From: Neocallimastix sp. 'constans'
Taxonomy: Eukaryota
Direction: 5' to 3'
NCBI GenBank assembly: GCA_050613775.1
Contig: JBODTK010000114.1
Coordinates: 62,001 to 126,000, forward strand
Length of the DNA: 64,000 bases
The position numbers and the translations under genes are program-made. Below the pieces are notes generated by a model. The model saw nothing but the letters and a program-made list of their open reading frames with translations. It made no database searches and was not told where the DNA came from. Position 1 is the stretch's first letter. Every line of letters starts with the position of its first letter. Shown piece after piece: positions 52,801 through 62,729 of the stretch.

Positions 52801-54755
52801 GAAAGCGTATTCGTTTTTGTATTACCGTGCTTTATCAACGTGTTTATGTTCTCAAGTTTCTCTTCTATTAATTTAAATTTATTCTCAAGATGTTCTTTTT
52901 CTTTTTGACTTAATGAAAGATTTTCTTCTTCTTTATCTTTATTGATATCATTTTTTGAATTATTTGGAATATCTTGCATGTCTAAATTGACAATATCTTC
53001 TTTTACTGTTCGTTCATTGTTATTATCTCTTTGAATCCTGTTCTCTTCATTGTTCTCTTCTTGAGGATCTTCTTCTATTTCTTTATTTTCTTGAATAATA
53101 TTAATTATGTCATTTCTGTTGTAGTAATTTCTTTCTTCTAAGTTTTTCATTAATGTGTCTTCATCTTGCGTTTCGGTTTCTTCATTTTCATATCTCCTTG
53201 TTTCAGATACATAATCAAAGTTAAAGTTACCTGGCTGGTCTTCAAGAAATTCTACCACACGTTTCACATATATTTTCATTTTATCAATATCGAATATTCT
53301 GTACCCTGTTGAGTCTTCGTCATATCCCAGAAAAATTCCTTTTCTTGAATTACTCCTAAATTTTTCTGGATTTACTTCATAATAGTAAACTTTACAGCCA
53401 AATACATGTAATTTACTATTGTCAACTTTCTTTTCGTAGAATACTTCGAATGGGATTTTGTTATTATTTCCATGATGCGGCACCCTATTATCCACATAAT
53501 TAGCTGTCTTTAAAGCATCTTCCCAAAATCTTCTACATAATTGACTATCTATTAACATTGCCGTAGCAATTTGGATAAGTACTCCGTTTAGTCTTTCTGC
53601 TCTACCGTTTTGTTGAGGATTTCCTGGTACAGTGAATTGTTGCGTGATTCCGTATTTGTTGCATATTTCTTTAAAATTATTTGAAGTGAATTCTGTTCCA
53701 TTATCACTTCTTAAATATATTATATTTGAATTTGTTTTATTTTTAATTTTGATATACCATGTTTCAAATACTTGGTATACTTCCGACTTCTTCTTTACTG
53801 TAAGGACCCAACCATATCTACTATAATCATCTAAAATAGTCACGAAATAACAGTTGCCATAAATTGATGGTGGTGCCGGTCCAACAAGATCTATATGCAC
53901 TAATTCAAGAATTTTTCTCGAATTATTTTGTGCTTTACCATATGGTTCATTCTTCATTTTTGCTTGCATACAGATCTCACATTTATCTATTTTGTTTCCA
54001 TAGGTCAGGTGCCCAATTCTTCGATGCCATAGAATATCATTACCTTTAGTGTTGACGTTATTGCATAGTATATTACTACTTTTAATACATACTTCAAAAA
54101 CATCATTATCACTAGCTTTAATTTTTGAAATTGTATTAAAATACTTATCTAGGATATACGCATATACGTCATCGTATTCCTTTATAAAAACTATTACATA
54201 TTCATCCCTTGCTAGTTTACTAATCGAAATTAAATTTCTTTTAATATCCGGAACATATAATACTTCCTTTAGCTTTAATAATTCTTTGTTCATATTTCCT
54301 TGTATCTCTCCAATGTGTGTTGAGTTGGTTGTATTCCCATTTGCATAATTTATTTCTTCCACGTGTTCCTCTTCATTCATTAGTATATTTTTGTTTTGAG
54401 TCATATGATTAGATGCACCTGAATCTAGAGTCCACCAACTACATTCTACATGATTTTTAGTTACGTTATTATTAAATACATTATTGCATTGTTTTGTATT
54501 GCCACTACATGGATTTTCAAAAGAAGTGTTATAATCCAGAACAAATAAATCATTAAGATTTAATTTATCATTGTCTGTTTCTGTTATTGTCATATTGGCC
54601 TGTTTTTTGTTTACCTTGCCTCCCTTGTTTCTTGGCGAATTCTTGTGACATCTTCCTTTTAATCTTGCAATCTCTTTCAAAATGACCAAATCTGTGGCAA
54701 AAGAAACATTCAATATTAGAATTAGTTTTTCTACCTTCTCCATTACCTTTCTCAT
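49839..54755 (-). CDS. pol: Copia Pol (protease, integrase, long N/K/E-rich linker, RT, RNase H), probably reached by frameshift from gag
   Basis: WTLDSGASNHM, LWHRRIGH, HIDLVGP, LRSDNGTEF, QQNGRAER, YKARLVARG, VYVDDLL, YVDSDYA, KHIDIKYH. Confidence 0.95.
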   Translation of the reverse strand: MRKVMEKVEKLILILNVSFATDLVILKEIARLKGRCHKNSPRNKGGKVNKKQANMTITETDNDKLNLNDLFVLDYNTSFENPCSGNTKQCNNVFNNNVTKNHVECSWWTLDSGASNHMTQNKNILMNEEEHVEEINYANGNTTNSTHIGEIQGNMNKELLKLKEVLYVPDIKRNLISISKLARDEYVIVFIKEYDDVYAYILDKYFNTISKIKASDNDVFEVCIKSSNILCNNVNTKGNDILWHRRIGHLTYGNKIDKCEICMQAKMKNEPYGKAQNNSRKILELVHIDLVGPAPPSIYGNCYFVTILDDYSRYGWVLTVKKKSEVYQVFETWYIKIKNKTNSNIIYLRSDNGTEFTSNNFKEICNKYGITQQFTVPGNPQQNGRAERLNGVLIQIATAMLIDSQLCRRFWEDALKTANYVDNRVPHHGNNNKIPFEVFYEKKVDNSKLHVFGCKVYYYEVNPEKFRSNSRKGIFLGYDEDSTGYRIFDIDKMKIYVKRVVEFLEDQPGNFNFDYVSETRRYENEETETQDEDTLMKNLEERNYYNRNDIINIIQENKEIEEDPQEENNEENRIQRDNNNERTVKEDIVNLDMQDIPNNSKNDINKDKEEENLSLSQKEKEHLENKFKLIEEKLENINTLIKHGNTKTNTLSLGEAKQKEKLEESSTSKQNYNEENNIKNNINIINERNKLINNNSEVILNRNVNEDTYFNKGKGESINGEKVSIINKNKDKGKEILELDDYDKEEITIINKNNENDAFNLKENIIIEDNSNKNILIENNLNKNLVENTSNNNNSTENNLSKNNLSENNLSENNLSENNLSENNLSENNLSENNLSENNLSENNLIENNLSENNPNEECSHLDVNKEIFENNNKQIVKNIIPNNNNNNNNSSNNNNNNNNKEISQKINLEINPNKVNAENHSSNSKLKNKNSREIKIKTNNTKNNTNLMNQIYPENKIIENKNPENPDKNPVKFDKNPKKNHVEVLNKYKINIKNNYSENNQKSNLHLTFKNKDNKKFSKDKNLLKSYKLKNNLINSKNKINESKMDNNKNFEKFKIINNDSLNFNKNKSREYETIMHKGKRKVKSLNKNANVNTNVEENVEGINVSDYRGEIQENSNKRKRECLTTINQIREPNSYMEIFKRKDKEKWISAIENELNNMKERKVFKKIEKVPEGANIIDSRWVFKIKRDSEGKIDKYKARLVARGYTQEYGEDYKETFSPTLKQDSLRIIIFIAAENNFNIHQMDIKAAYLYADLKEDIFMKIPEGDPNFGKGYFKLQKALYGLKQAAREWNNNISTTLKHLGFYELVSEPCIFIKKKDNKLVCVIGVYVDDLLITGKDDEINKTVRLIKEKYSVTDIGKANFIIGIKIERIPNGYLLHQERYLEDILEKFGLKDCKEIGTTEPSLSDKEDDEELFDPTTYRSAVGSLIYLAICTRPDIMFSVNRVAQHCKEPKVKDWKNVIQIFRYLKGAKYYGILFNGEKCLKTYVDSDYANDKETRRSTTGFIYFMGSGPTSWYSKLQKCVATSTAEAEYYGLCECAKQALWYRNILGEIKDQRECIKIYIDNQAAIYNAENNTINPRSKHIDIKYHKIRELIKEKKVELEYIESKNNKADGLTKFLNKYKMQNFRNSLLYKYK
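52195..52365 (-). repeat. 15-bp coding tandem repeat, (NNLSE)~11
   Basis: AAATTATTTTCACTC array on the plus strand. Confidence 0.95.
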
Positions 54756-55593
54756 AATTTCTTTTTGGATATCTTCTAAAGTCTTGATTTACTCCTTTTC
54801 CTTTTCCTTGGCTTTGGGTCGTAGTGCTGAATACATGTTGTATTCCTATCATCTTTCCTTTTTTCCTTTCTTCGACTTTCTTGAGTCGTTCTACAAGCCC
54901 TAATGTATATTCTTTACAGCTTTTCCAGTCTTTTTGATCAAAAATATTTACGCTTTGATATTCTTCTGGTAAAGAGTTAAATAATAGTAATTTCTTTTCC
55001 TCATCTGTAACTACAACATTCATATATTCTATCATATTAATATTCTTACTTAATTTTGTTAAAAATCTTGAAAAGCTTGTTTTGGGGTTGTATCTTAAAG
55101 CATTAGTTTCATCGATTAGTTGATTTCTCCTTGTTACATCATCTCCAATATGAATTTGTTGTAACGTTTGCCAAATTTGATAACCTGTAAGAGATGGATC
55201 TTGAATATCTTGTTGTGTTTTTGGTCCCAACGTGCTTCTTATTAAACTTTTTAAACTGGCATCTGTTTTTAAATCCTCTTTTGTCACTGATTCTCTATAT
55301 TTCATTTTGTACTCATATGGTGCAATTAAATCATTTATACTTTCTGTTCCATTAACTATGGGAACTTTTGGAGTATGATCTATATCGACCCATTCTTCGA
55401 GATCATAGTATTGTAAGATACCTCTCATGAATAGTTGCCAGGTTATGATGTTATTACTGTCTAATTCATATATAACTTTTCCTATTAGGACAGAGGGATC
55501 AAATCTTTTGATTTGAGGAATATTGTTATCCATAGTAGTAATGGTACTAGAAGTAGCATTTTCTGTTGATCGTTTTAAAGTATTTTTACTCAT
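54568..55593 (-). CDS. gag: Copia Gag with zinc knuckle
   Basis: LLLFNSLPEEY, CFFCHRFGHFERDC; ATG ~105 nt downstream of the PBS. Confidence 0.92.
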   Translation of the reverse strand: MSKNTLKRSTENATSSTITTMDNNIPQIKRFDPSVLIGKVIYELDSNNIITWQLFMRGILQYYDLEEWVDIDHTPKVPIVNGTESINDLIAPYEYKMKYRESVTKEDLKTDASLKSLIRSTLGPKTQQDIQDPSLTGYQIWQTLQQIHIGDDVTRRNQLIDETNALRYNPKTSFSRFLTKLSKNINMIEYMNVVVTDEEKKLLLFNSLPEEYQSVNIFDQKDWKSCKEYTLGLVERLKKVEERKKGKMIGIQHVFSTTTQSQGKGKGVNQDFRRYPKRNYEKGNGEGRKTNSNIECFFCHRFGHFERDCKIKRKMSQEFAKKQGRQGKQKTGQYDNNRNRQ

Positions 55594-55899
55594 TTTGAAT
55601 TTTAAATATTTTAATTTTTTTTTTTTTTTTTTTTTTTATTTACTTATTTAAAAATTGAAATTGAATGATTTTTCAACGAAGTAAAATTATAATGAGTCAA
55701 TGAGACTCTTAATCTGTTAAAATTTAATTTATTAATATATAAAAATAAAGAAAACAAACACTCGAACGTACAAAACTCAATTAAACAATTGGGTTTATGA
55801 AATAATAATTTTATTAATAAATATTAAAATAATATATCTACATTAAACAATGTAAATTTTTTATATAAAACTTCAAAAATCAATTAAATCTAGAAAAGA

Positions 55900-55962
<63 letters not shown>

Positions 55963-56078
55963 GTTTATAATAAAATATTAATAATTACTAAATAAATACA
56001 TTTTACATTGATATTTGTACTACATATTATTTATTTTTTAATATTAAATGTATTTATTATTTCACAAATATTATCTAA

Positions 56079-56122
<44 letters not shown>

Positions 56123-56585
56123 GTTAAGGTAATGTAAGTTTTATCTTAATAGGGTAGTACAAGTTTAATTTGAATTATATGATCGGGTAGTACAAGAATT
56201 TTTGTTATAAAAATTAATTTCAACAACCATAGGATTAGGATTATCCGGTAATATAATAGATACAAAGGATTGAATTATATAATAGTGAGGGTAACTCAAA
56301 ACAGACAAGGTGATAATTTGAATAGGAATCAATAGGCAGTAATTATTCGTCTGGGAGGGGATAAAATCCGAGATTAAAAGATATAGAAGTCCGGTATTAA
56401 AGAGATAGTAGATAAAAAGATTTATTCAAAGATTATTAGATTAAGATAGAGAGAACCGGAAGAGTAGGTATTAGTAAAAGTAGAAACCCAACGATTGCCA
56501 AAAGATATTGAGAAAGTAGAATTCCTAAAAGTGCGGTAGAATGTCTGCGGGATAGCGCAAAGGTATTGAGGGCTTGGATTAGCAG

Positions 56586-56596
56586 GTGCTTTTATT
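56586..56596 (-). promoter_or_regulatory. Candidate self-priming PBS of the chromovirus
   Basis: Minus strand AATAAAAGCAC at the 5' LTR end is complementary to GTGCTTTTATT at 56803-56793, downstream of TATAAATA (56844-56837). Confidence 0.7.
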
Positions 56597-57403
56597 GTAA
56601 CGGAGGTGCTTCTATTGTAACGGCGGGACGTGGTATAGAAACACAGAAAGGAGAAAACTCAATAGGTTTACACTATCTGTATAAATAATTCGTTTTATTA
56701 GAAATATTTTTTATTAATTATAAAATTTAAAATAATTATTAATATTAATCAACAAGGTAATATTTCGAATTACTTATACGTTAATTATTATTAATAAAAG
56801 CACGAAGAAAAATATTTTCATTCGTGAAGTTCGCACTATTTATACTTTTAACGGAAAAACAGTTTTAACATGTAAAAATAATTTTAAAGAAATATTTAGA
56901 AATATGTTTGTAATAATTAATAATGTAAAGTTTCTAGAATATAGATTTTAATTGATGAAAATGAATCTTATCAAAAAAGAATAAAATAATTTATATAATA
57001 AGAATTTCTAAATTCATTTCGGTTGAATTACGAACCGAAAGAATCTTTAACTTTCTATAATTTTATACAGAAAGAATATTCAAGAAGATATTATTAATAA
57101 TTAATAAAATAATTAATAAAATAATTATTTATGCAAAATGGGTTGAGGTGTGAGTCGAACCCATGAAGTATTGGTCATGGTCAATGTAACTAACCATTGA
57201 ACCAAAGTTCTAATTTTACTAACCGAAGATTTCGTTACAAATATACACATAAGTAAATAAGAAACACATCAGAATTAAGAAATTAGTATTTGAATGTTTC
57301 TTATATAATTTAGTAATTAGTATTTAGAAATAGTAATTAGCAATTTATAATTAATAAACAAATTTATTAAATAATATTAGAAATATATTATTACATATAA
57401 GAA

Positions 57404-59167
57404 ATGACCGGAACAACTAGAATAGTTCTTAATAGGATGGAATATGTCCTGACAGAAGATAACTACGATGAATGGTATGAAGACTTTATCCTCGAACTCC
57501 AAGGCGCTGGATTAAGTGAATACGTAGAAAAAAACATAGATGATATAGTAAAGGAAGTAGAGAAGAAATATACAACCAAAGATAAGAAGGGAAATGATAT
57601 CTTATCTGAAGAAGGCGAAAACAAAATTAAGGAACATAAGATGAACAACTTCAAAGTTTTGAGTTTTTTAAGAAAATCTGTTGATGCAAAAATAAAATCC
57701 TTTATTAGAAGTAAGGAGGAAGAAAAAAATTCAGCATACTTAATATTAAAGGTACTAAAGAAGAAATACCACGAAGAAGAATTCAATGAAATACCAAAAC
57801 TCTACAGAAGATTAGAAAATATGAGGGCCGAAAGCGATAAAGAAACTTTAGAATACATCGAAGAATTTTTAGAAATCACGCAAAAGTTAGGAAAATTAAA
57901 TAATAAACTTAGCATTAGGGAAAAATTAAACTACTTGTTTAAAGGACTACCAGAGAAACAATTAAATTTCTTGGAAATAAGATACAGTATCTCAGAAGAC
58001 GTCGATGAAATATTAGAAGATATGAAGAAGCAAATTAGAAATCGTAGAATCTTTATCCCAGGAAAAAATAAAGAAAAAGATGAAGAAATATCACAAATAT
58101 CTAAAGGAAAAAATAAGAATAAAAATAAAGACAAAGGCAATAATTACGAAAGTTGTGATGAAGACGATATCTGCGAGAAATTCAATAATAGAAGAAGTAT
58201 AAATAATAAGAAAAAGCGTTGTTATATATGTGATAGTGAAAACCATTTAGTTTACAACTGCCCCTTTAATCCTAAGAATCCTCATAACAATATTAAACAC
58301 ATAGCAGAACAATTCCAAAAATTAAATATTTCAGTTGATGAAATAAACGATATTGAATTATGTTACGACAGTGATTCGGATAGCGATAGTAGTATAGTTA
58401 AAATAAAAGAAATAAATTTAATTGAAACTGAAAATAGTATAATGGAAACAAATTTAATTGAACCTGAAAATAGTATCAAAGAAATAAATTTATGTGAAAT
58501 AAGCACTACTTCAGAAAAAGAAAAAGAAGATAATAATGATAATCAATATTTAGAATTTAAAACTATAGATGATACAAGAAAATTCAATTATGACACAAAT
58601 TATTGTAATAACAATAGTGAAAACAACAAATTTAAAAACAATAACACATTGAATAAAACAGAAAACACAAATATTTTTCAAAAAGAAAATAATATTAATT
58701 ATGATTTAAATAATTATTTTATTAATGGTATTTATAATAGCAATGAATATAATAACGGTAACTATAAGAATTTAGGTATAAATAGTAACATACATAATAA
58801 TGAAATAGAAAGTATGAATAAAAATAATATTTCGAATAATTACCAAAATTATGAAAATGAAAATCCTGTTACGATAGATAAATATATAATTGAATCATTT
58901 CAAGATAAAATAAACAAAACAAATTGTAAATTAAACAAATTATTGAAATGTTTGAGTGAAATTGAAGAAAAGAACAATAACATCCAGAAAATTATTAAAG
59001 AATATTTACAAATTATGAGATTTGATAATGCTTATTATGAAAATTATAAAAAATATATTAAAACAATTAATCAATATAATAATATTTTAAATGTTAATTA
59101 CTATAATCCAGGAAATGAAATTGAAAAAAGTGTAAACAAAAATAGTCTAGGCAAAAAAAACTGGTGA
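57404..59167 (+). CDS. gag: Copia-type Gag with zinc knuckle and long Asn-rich tail (587 aa); no pol follows
   Basis: LTEDNYDEW, KLNYLFKGLPE, CYICDSENHLVYNC; no PR/IN/RT motif before the PPT. Confidence 0.88.
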   Translation: MTGTTRIVLNRMEYVLTEDNYDEWYEDFILELQGAGLSEYVEKNIDDIVKEVEKKYTTKDKKGNDILSEEGENKIKEHKMNNFKVLSFLRKSVDAKIKSFIRSKEEEKNSAYLILKVLKKKYHEEEFNEIPKLYRRLENMRAESDKETLEYIEEFLEITQKLGKLNNKLSIREKLNYLFKGLPEKQLNFLEIRYSISEDVDEILEDMKKQIRNRRIFIPGKNKEKDEEISQISKGKNKNKNKDKGNNYESCDEDDICEKFNNRRSINNKKKRCYICDSENHLVYNCPFNPKNPHNNIKHIAEQFQKLNISVDEINDIELCYDSDSDSDSSIVKIKEINLIETENSIMETNLIEPENSIKEINLCEISTTSEKEKEDNNDNQYLEFKTIDDTRKFNYDTNYCNNNSENNKFKNNNTLNKTENTNIFQKENNINYDLNNYFINGIYNSNEYNNGNYKNLGINSNIHNNEIESMNKNNISNNYQNYENENPVTIDKYIIESFQDKINKTNCKLNKLLKCLSEIEEKNNNIQKIIKEYLQIMRFDNAYYENYKKYIKTINQYNNILNVNYYNPGNEIEKSVNKNSLGKKNW

Positions 59168-61550
59168 AAATTATAAATATATGAAGAAAAATATGTTTTC
59201 AGAAAAAAAATTTTTTAATAATAAAAATTTGTCAAAAATTGATCAAAAATCAAAAATTAATACGAATGAGCAAAATTTGAAATTTAATTATAATGTACAT
59301 GCGTTTGAATTTAAATCTGATTTGTTAGCTGAGAAAAATTTAGGTTGTACTACTACAAATAAGTAAGAATTATTAGCAAATTAGTAAGAATATAAAAATA
59401 TTAAAAAAAATAACAAATTTTCTTATTAAACAAAGATTTTACAATACTTTGTTTAGGGGGGAATGTTAGAAAATTAGTATTTTTAGTTTATAAATTTAAT
59501 TAACATTTTAATTAATATTTTTATTTTATTACAACTTTTATTATAATTTTAAATATTAAATAGTTTATTATAAATAAATAGGATATATTATATTAATATA
59601 TAGTTTATATAGTTTATGAAAAAATTTTTATTTTTATAAGCCTCTTTTATATAGTTAATATTAAAACATGTATTTAATGTATAAAAATATGCATGATCCA
59701 TCAAATGTATTTTGTATGTATAAATAACATTAAATTATGTATTCTTAAAAAATAAGCCTTTTGCTTCAAATAAATAAAGTTAATAAATAAACAAATATTG
59801 AGATTTTTTAACAAATTAAAATTGATTTACATTATTTACAAGTTAAAATTAATTTATATCAAAATAAATTAAATTTTATTATTAAGTTTAGGTTATCAAG
59901 AATATAGGAAAGTACAATTTAGTAAAGAATTATTAATAATAAAATAAAGGTTATTAATTCATTCTTTACCAAAATGTAAGAATATAGATTTATTTCTTAT
60001 AAAATAATCTATCTTCTTATTTAATTAATTTATATTTCATTTATATTTCAATATTTATTAACATGTAAAAAATATATTAATTTATCCAAATTAATATATT
60101 GAAAAACAATGTAAACAAATTTGTTGTAATGTATTAATTACTTAAAAATATTATTTATATTTTATTATTTCAATTAGTTGATAATTTATAAGATTTTAGT
60201 AATCGGTTAATTAATTTTTTCCCCAATATTATTATGATTGGGTTTTTATTAATTAATACGATGATTAATATATTAGAATATTAATTGAAGTTATTCAGGT
60301 TTTTCTACTAATCTTTTCCTGAATATCAATTTGTTAAGATTAGATACCTTTATTTGATTTGTTAACTTTATCTTATCTATTTTATTTATTTAATAATTAC
60401 ATCTATTTAATAATTTCATCTATTAAAATAATTATAAATAAAAAAGTATACAAGAACTCAAATTTCTTTGATTAAAGAAATTAGAGTTATTATTATATAA
60501 TGCTATATAATAAATTAAAAGAAATAAAGTCTTTTTGTTTATATCTATATTTAGTGTTTATAATAAACTCTATATAAAGTTAAGTATAAATTTTTATATT
60601 ATCTTAAAATATTAATAATCTAGTTATAGTTAGTATATTATAAATAGATTAAAATAGATTATTACACAAAAATTGATACGAATAAATTTTATATTGTATC
60701 GGGTGGTTCGTGAATGCAAGTTTTATTATAAAATTATATATTCTAATAAAAGAATTATAATAATTATCACACAAAAAGATTAAATAAAAATAATAAGAAA
60801 AAGATAAAAGAATATTTGTTGTCGTTTTGTTTTATTAAAATATATATATATTTTTTTACATTAATTATTTTTAAATACTTATTAGTTATTTTAATCTATT
60901 CCCTTGAATAATTAAACCTTAACTTTAATAAGTATTTATTTTAAATTTAACTAAAATAATTATTTTCTAAGTATTCCTAACTTAGATTTATAAATTCCTA
61001 ATTCTAATCTAATTAAAAAAAACTACGTCTCTAAAAAAAATCATTTTTCTTTCATATTTATATATTTATTTTTATTAAATCCTATTGGTTCAATTTATAT
61101 ATTATTTTTACTATCTTTACTAATATTTTTTTTATTTATTTTAAATTTAATTATTATTATTTATATATAATTATTATATAATTATTTCCTATTTAACTGT
61201 ACTATTTATATTAAAAATTATATTTTTAATTCGGCACCGTACCAAAATTTGATTTATACCTGATATTCTTAATCTACAAAATTAAATTTTGTAGAAGTGA
61301 ATAAGAGGATAAATACTGAATAAAATAGATTTAAGAAATTTAAAAAAATAAATATGTTTTATTATTAAACACAAAAATGTTTTATTAAAAAAAATTTATT
61401 TTTATTTTAATATTAATCTTTATTTATTTAATAATTAATTTTGTTTAAATTAATAAAATAATTGTTAAAAACTAATAAAATATTAAAATGAAATATTTAT
61501 TATTTATACTAATTTATTTTAAATTTTAATAATAAAATTGATTATTAATA

Positions 61551-61716
61551 ACTAATAAAATATTTATAATAATTTATTAAATAATTAATAATCATACTTT
61601 TTGATTATTAAAACTAATAAAATATCTATAATAATTTATTAAATAATTAATAATCATACTTTTTGATTATTAAAACTAATAAAATATTTATAATAATTTA
61701 TTAACTAATTAATAAT
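61551..61716. repeat. ~62-bp tandem repeat, about 2.7 copies
   Basis: ACTAATAAAATATTTATAATAATTTATTAAATAATTAATAATCATACTTTTTGATTATTAAA. Confidence 0.85.
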
Positions 61717-62729
61717 AAAGAATAATTTATAAGAAATATTTACATGTTTTTATATTTTTCTTTGATTTTAAGCTATTTACATTAAAAATAATAAAATTAA
61801 TAAAAGAGAAATAAAGAATAATTTATTATTAAATTAAACAATATTTACAATTAAAATATTAATAAAGATGAGTTTTAAAATGTTATTTTAATTACAATTT
61901 GTTTATAAAAGTTGAGTTATAAAATAAATAAAATAATCATTATTTTAAATAAAAGTAACTTAAAAATTATTTAACTATTTAATTTTAATTTTGAGATGTT
62001 TATAAGTTTGTTTATTTGTTATTTATAATTTATTAAATTTGTTTATTATTTTGTTTATTTGTAGTCTTAGAAAAATATTATTTATTAATTTATTTTAGTT
62101 TTTAATTAAAATTATTAATGATTAATTAATTTATTATGATTTTATTTTAATTATTTTTATTTAATTAAATTTTCTTAAATATGGATTTAATTTTTTTGAA
62201 TGGATTAATTTTTGGGTTAAGTTAGACAAGAATTTGTTTTTTATTATTTATTTTAATTTAATAATTTTGTTATTTATCAAATTGGTATGGTTCATATAAT
62301 TTTAGGAATATAATAATAATTAACACAAATAATAAAATTACAATAAAAAAAAATAATTTATTTTAAAATCAATATTTATTTATTTAAATTTATAAAAGAA
62401 AAATAATATAATTATTTATTTAATAAAAAGAAAGTTATTGATTATATTTTATTTCACTAAAAATTACATGTATTTATATTTTTTTATCAAATTAAAATTT
62501 GTAAAGCCTAACTATTTTTTTAATAAACTAATTACTAATTATTTTTATAAATAAAACATTTAAATTGAAATTGAATTATTATTTTAGTTAATAATATTAT
62601 TGTTATAAATGGTAGTTATATATTATTGAATTATTAATTATTTAATAATAGTTTAATACTAATATATATAAAATAAAAATAAAGAGATTATACAGAATAT
62701 TTTATTGTGGTTTAGTTAAATTTAGTAAT

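Larger units (their letters stand above)
49468..56066 (-). mobile_element. Full-length Ty1/Copia retrotransposon; 3' LTR 49468-49818, 5' LTR 55715-56066
   Basis: LTRs look identical except homopolymer length; PBS 55714-55700; PPT AGGGGGAA 49826-49819; domain order PR-IN-RT-RH. Confidence 0.96.
44621..57239 (-). mobile_element. Ty3/Gypsy chromovirus lacking RT/RNase H; 3' LTR 44621-45264, 5' LTR 56596-57239
   Basis: 644-bp LTRs with TGTAACG...CGTTACA ends (one substitution seen), TSD AATAT (44616-44620, 57240-57244). Confidence 0.93.
44035..59813 (+). mobile_element. Non-autonomous gag-only Copia-type LTR element (~3.15 kb without nested inserts); LTRs 44035-44384 and 59464-59813
   Basis: 350-bp TG...CA LTRs (one substitution seen), 5-bp TSD AATTA, PBS 44385-44399, PPT AGGGGGGAA 59455-59463. 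Confidence 0.93.

Noticed and set aside
59181..59366. 61-aa ORF after the gag-only ORF as residual pol
   Set aside because: No protease, integrase or RT motif
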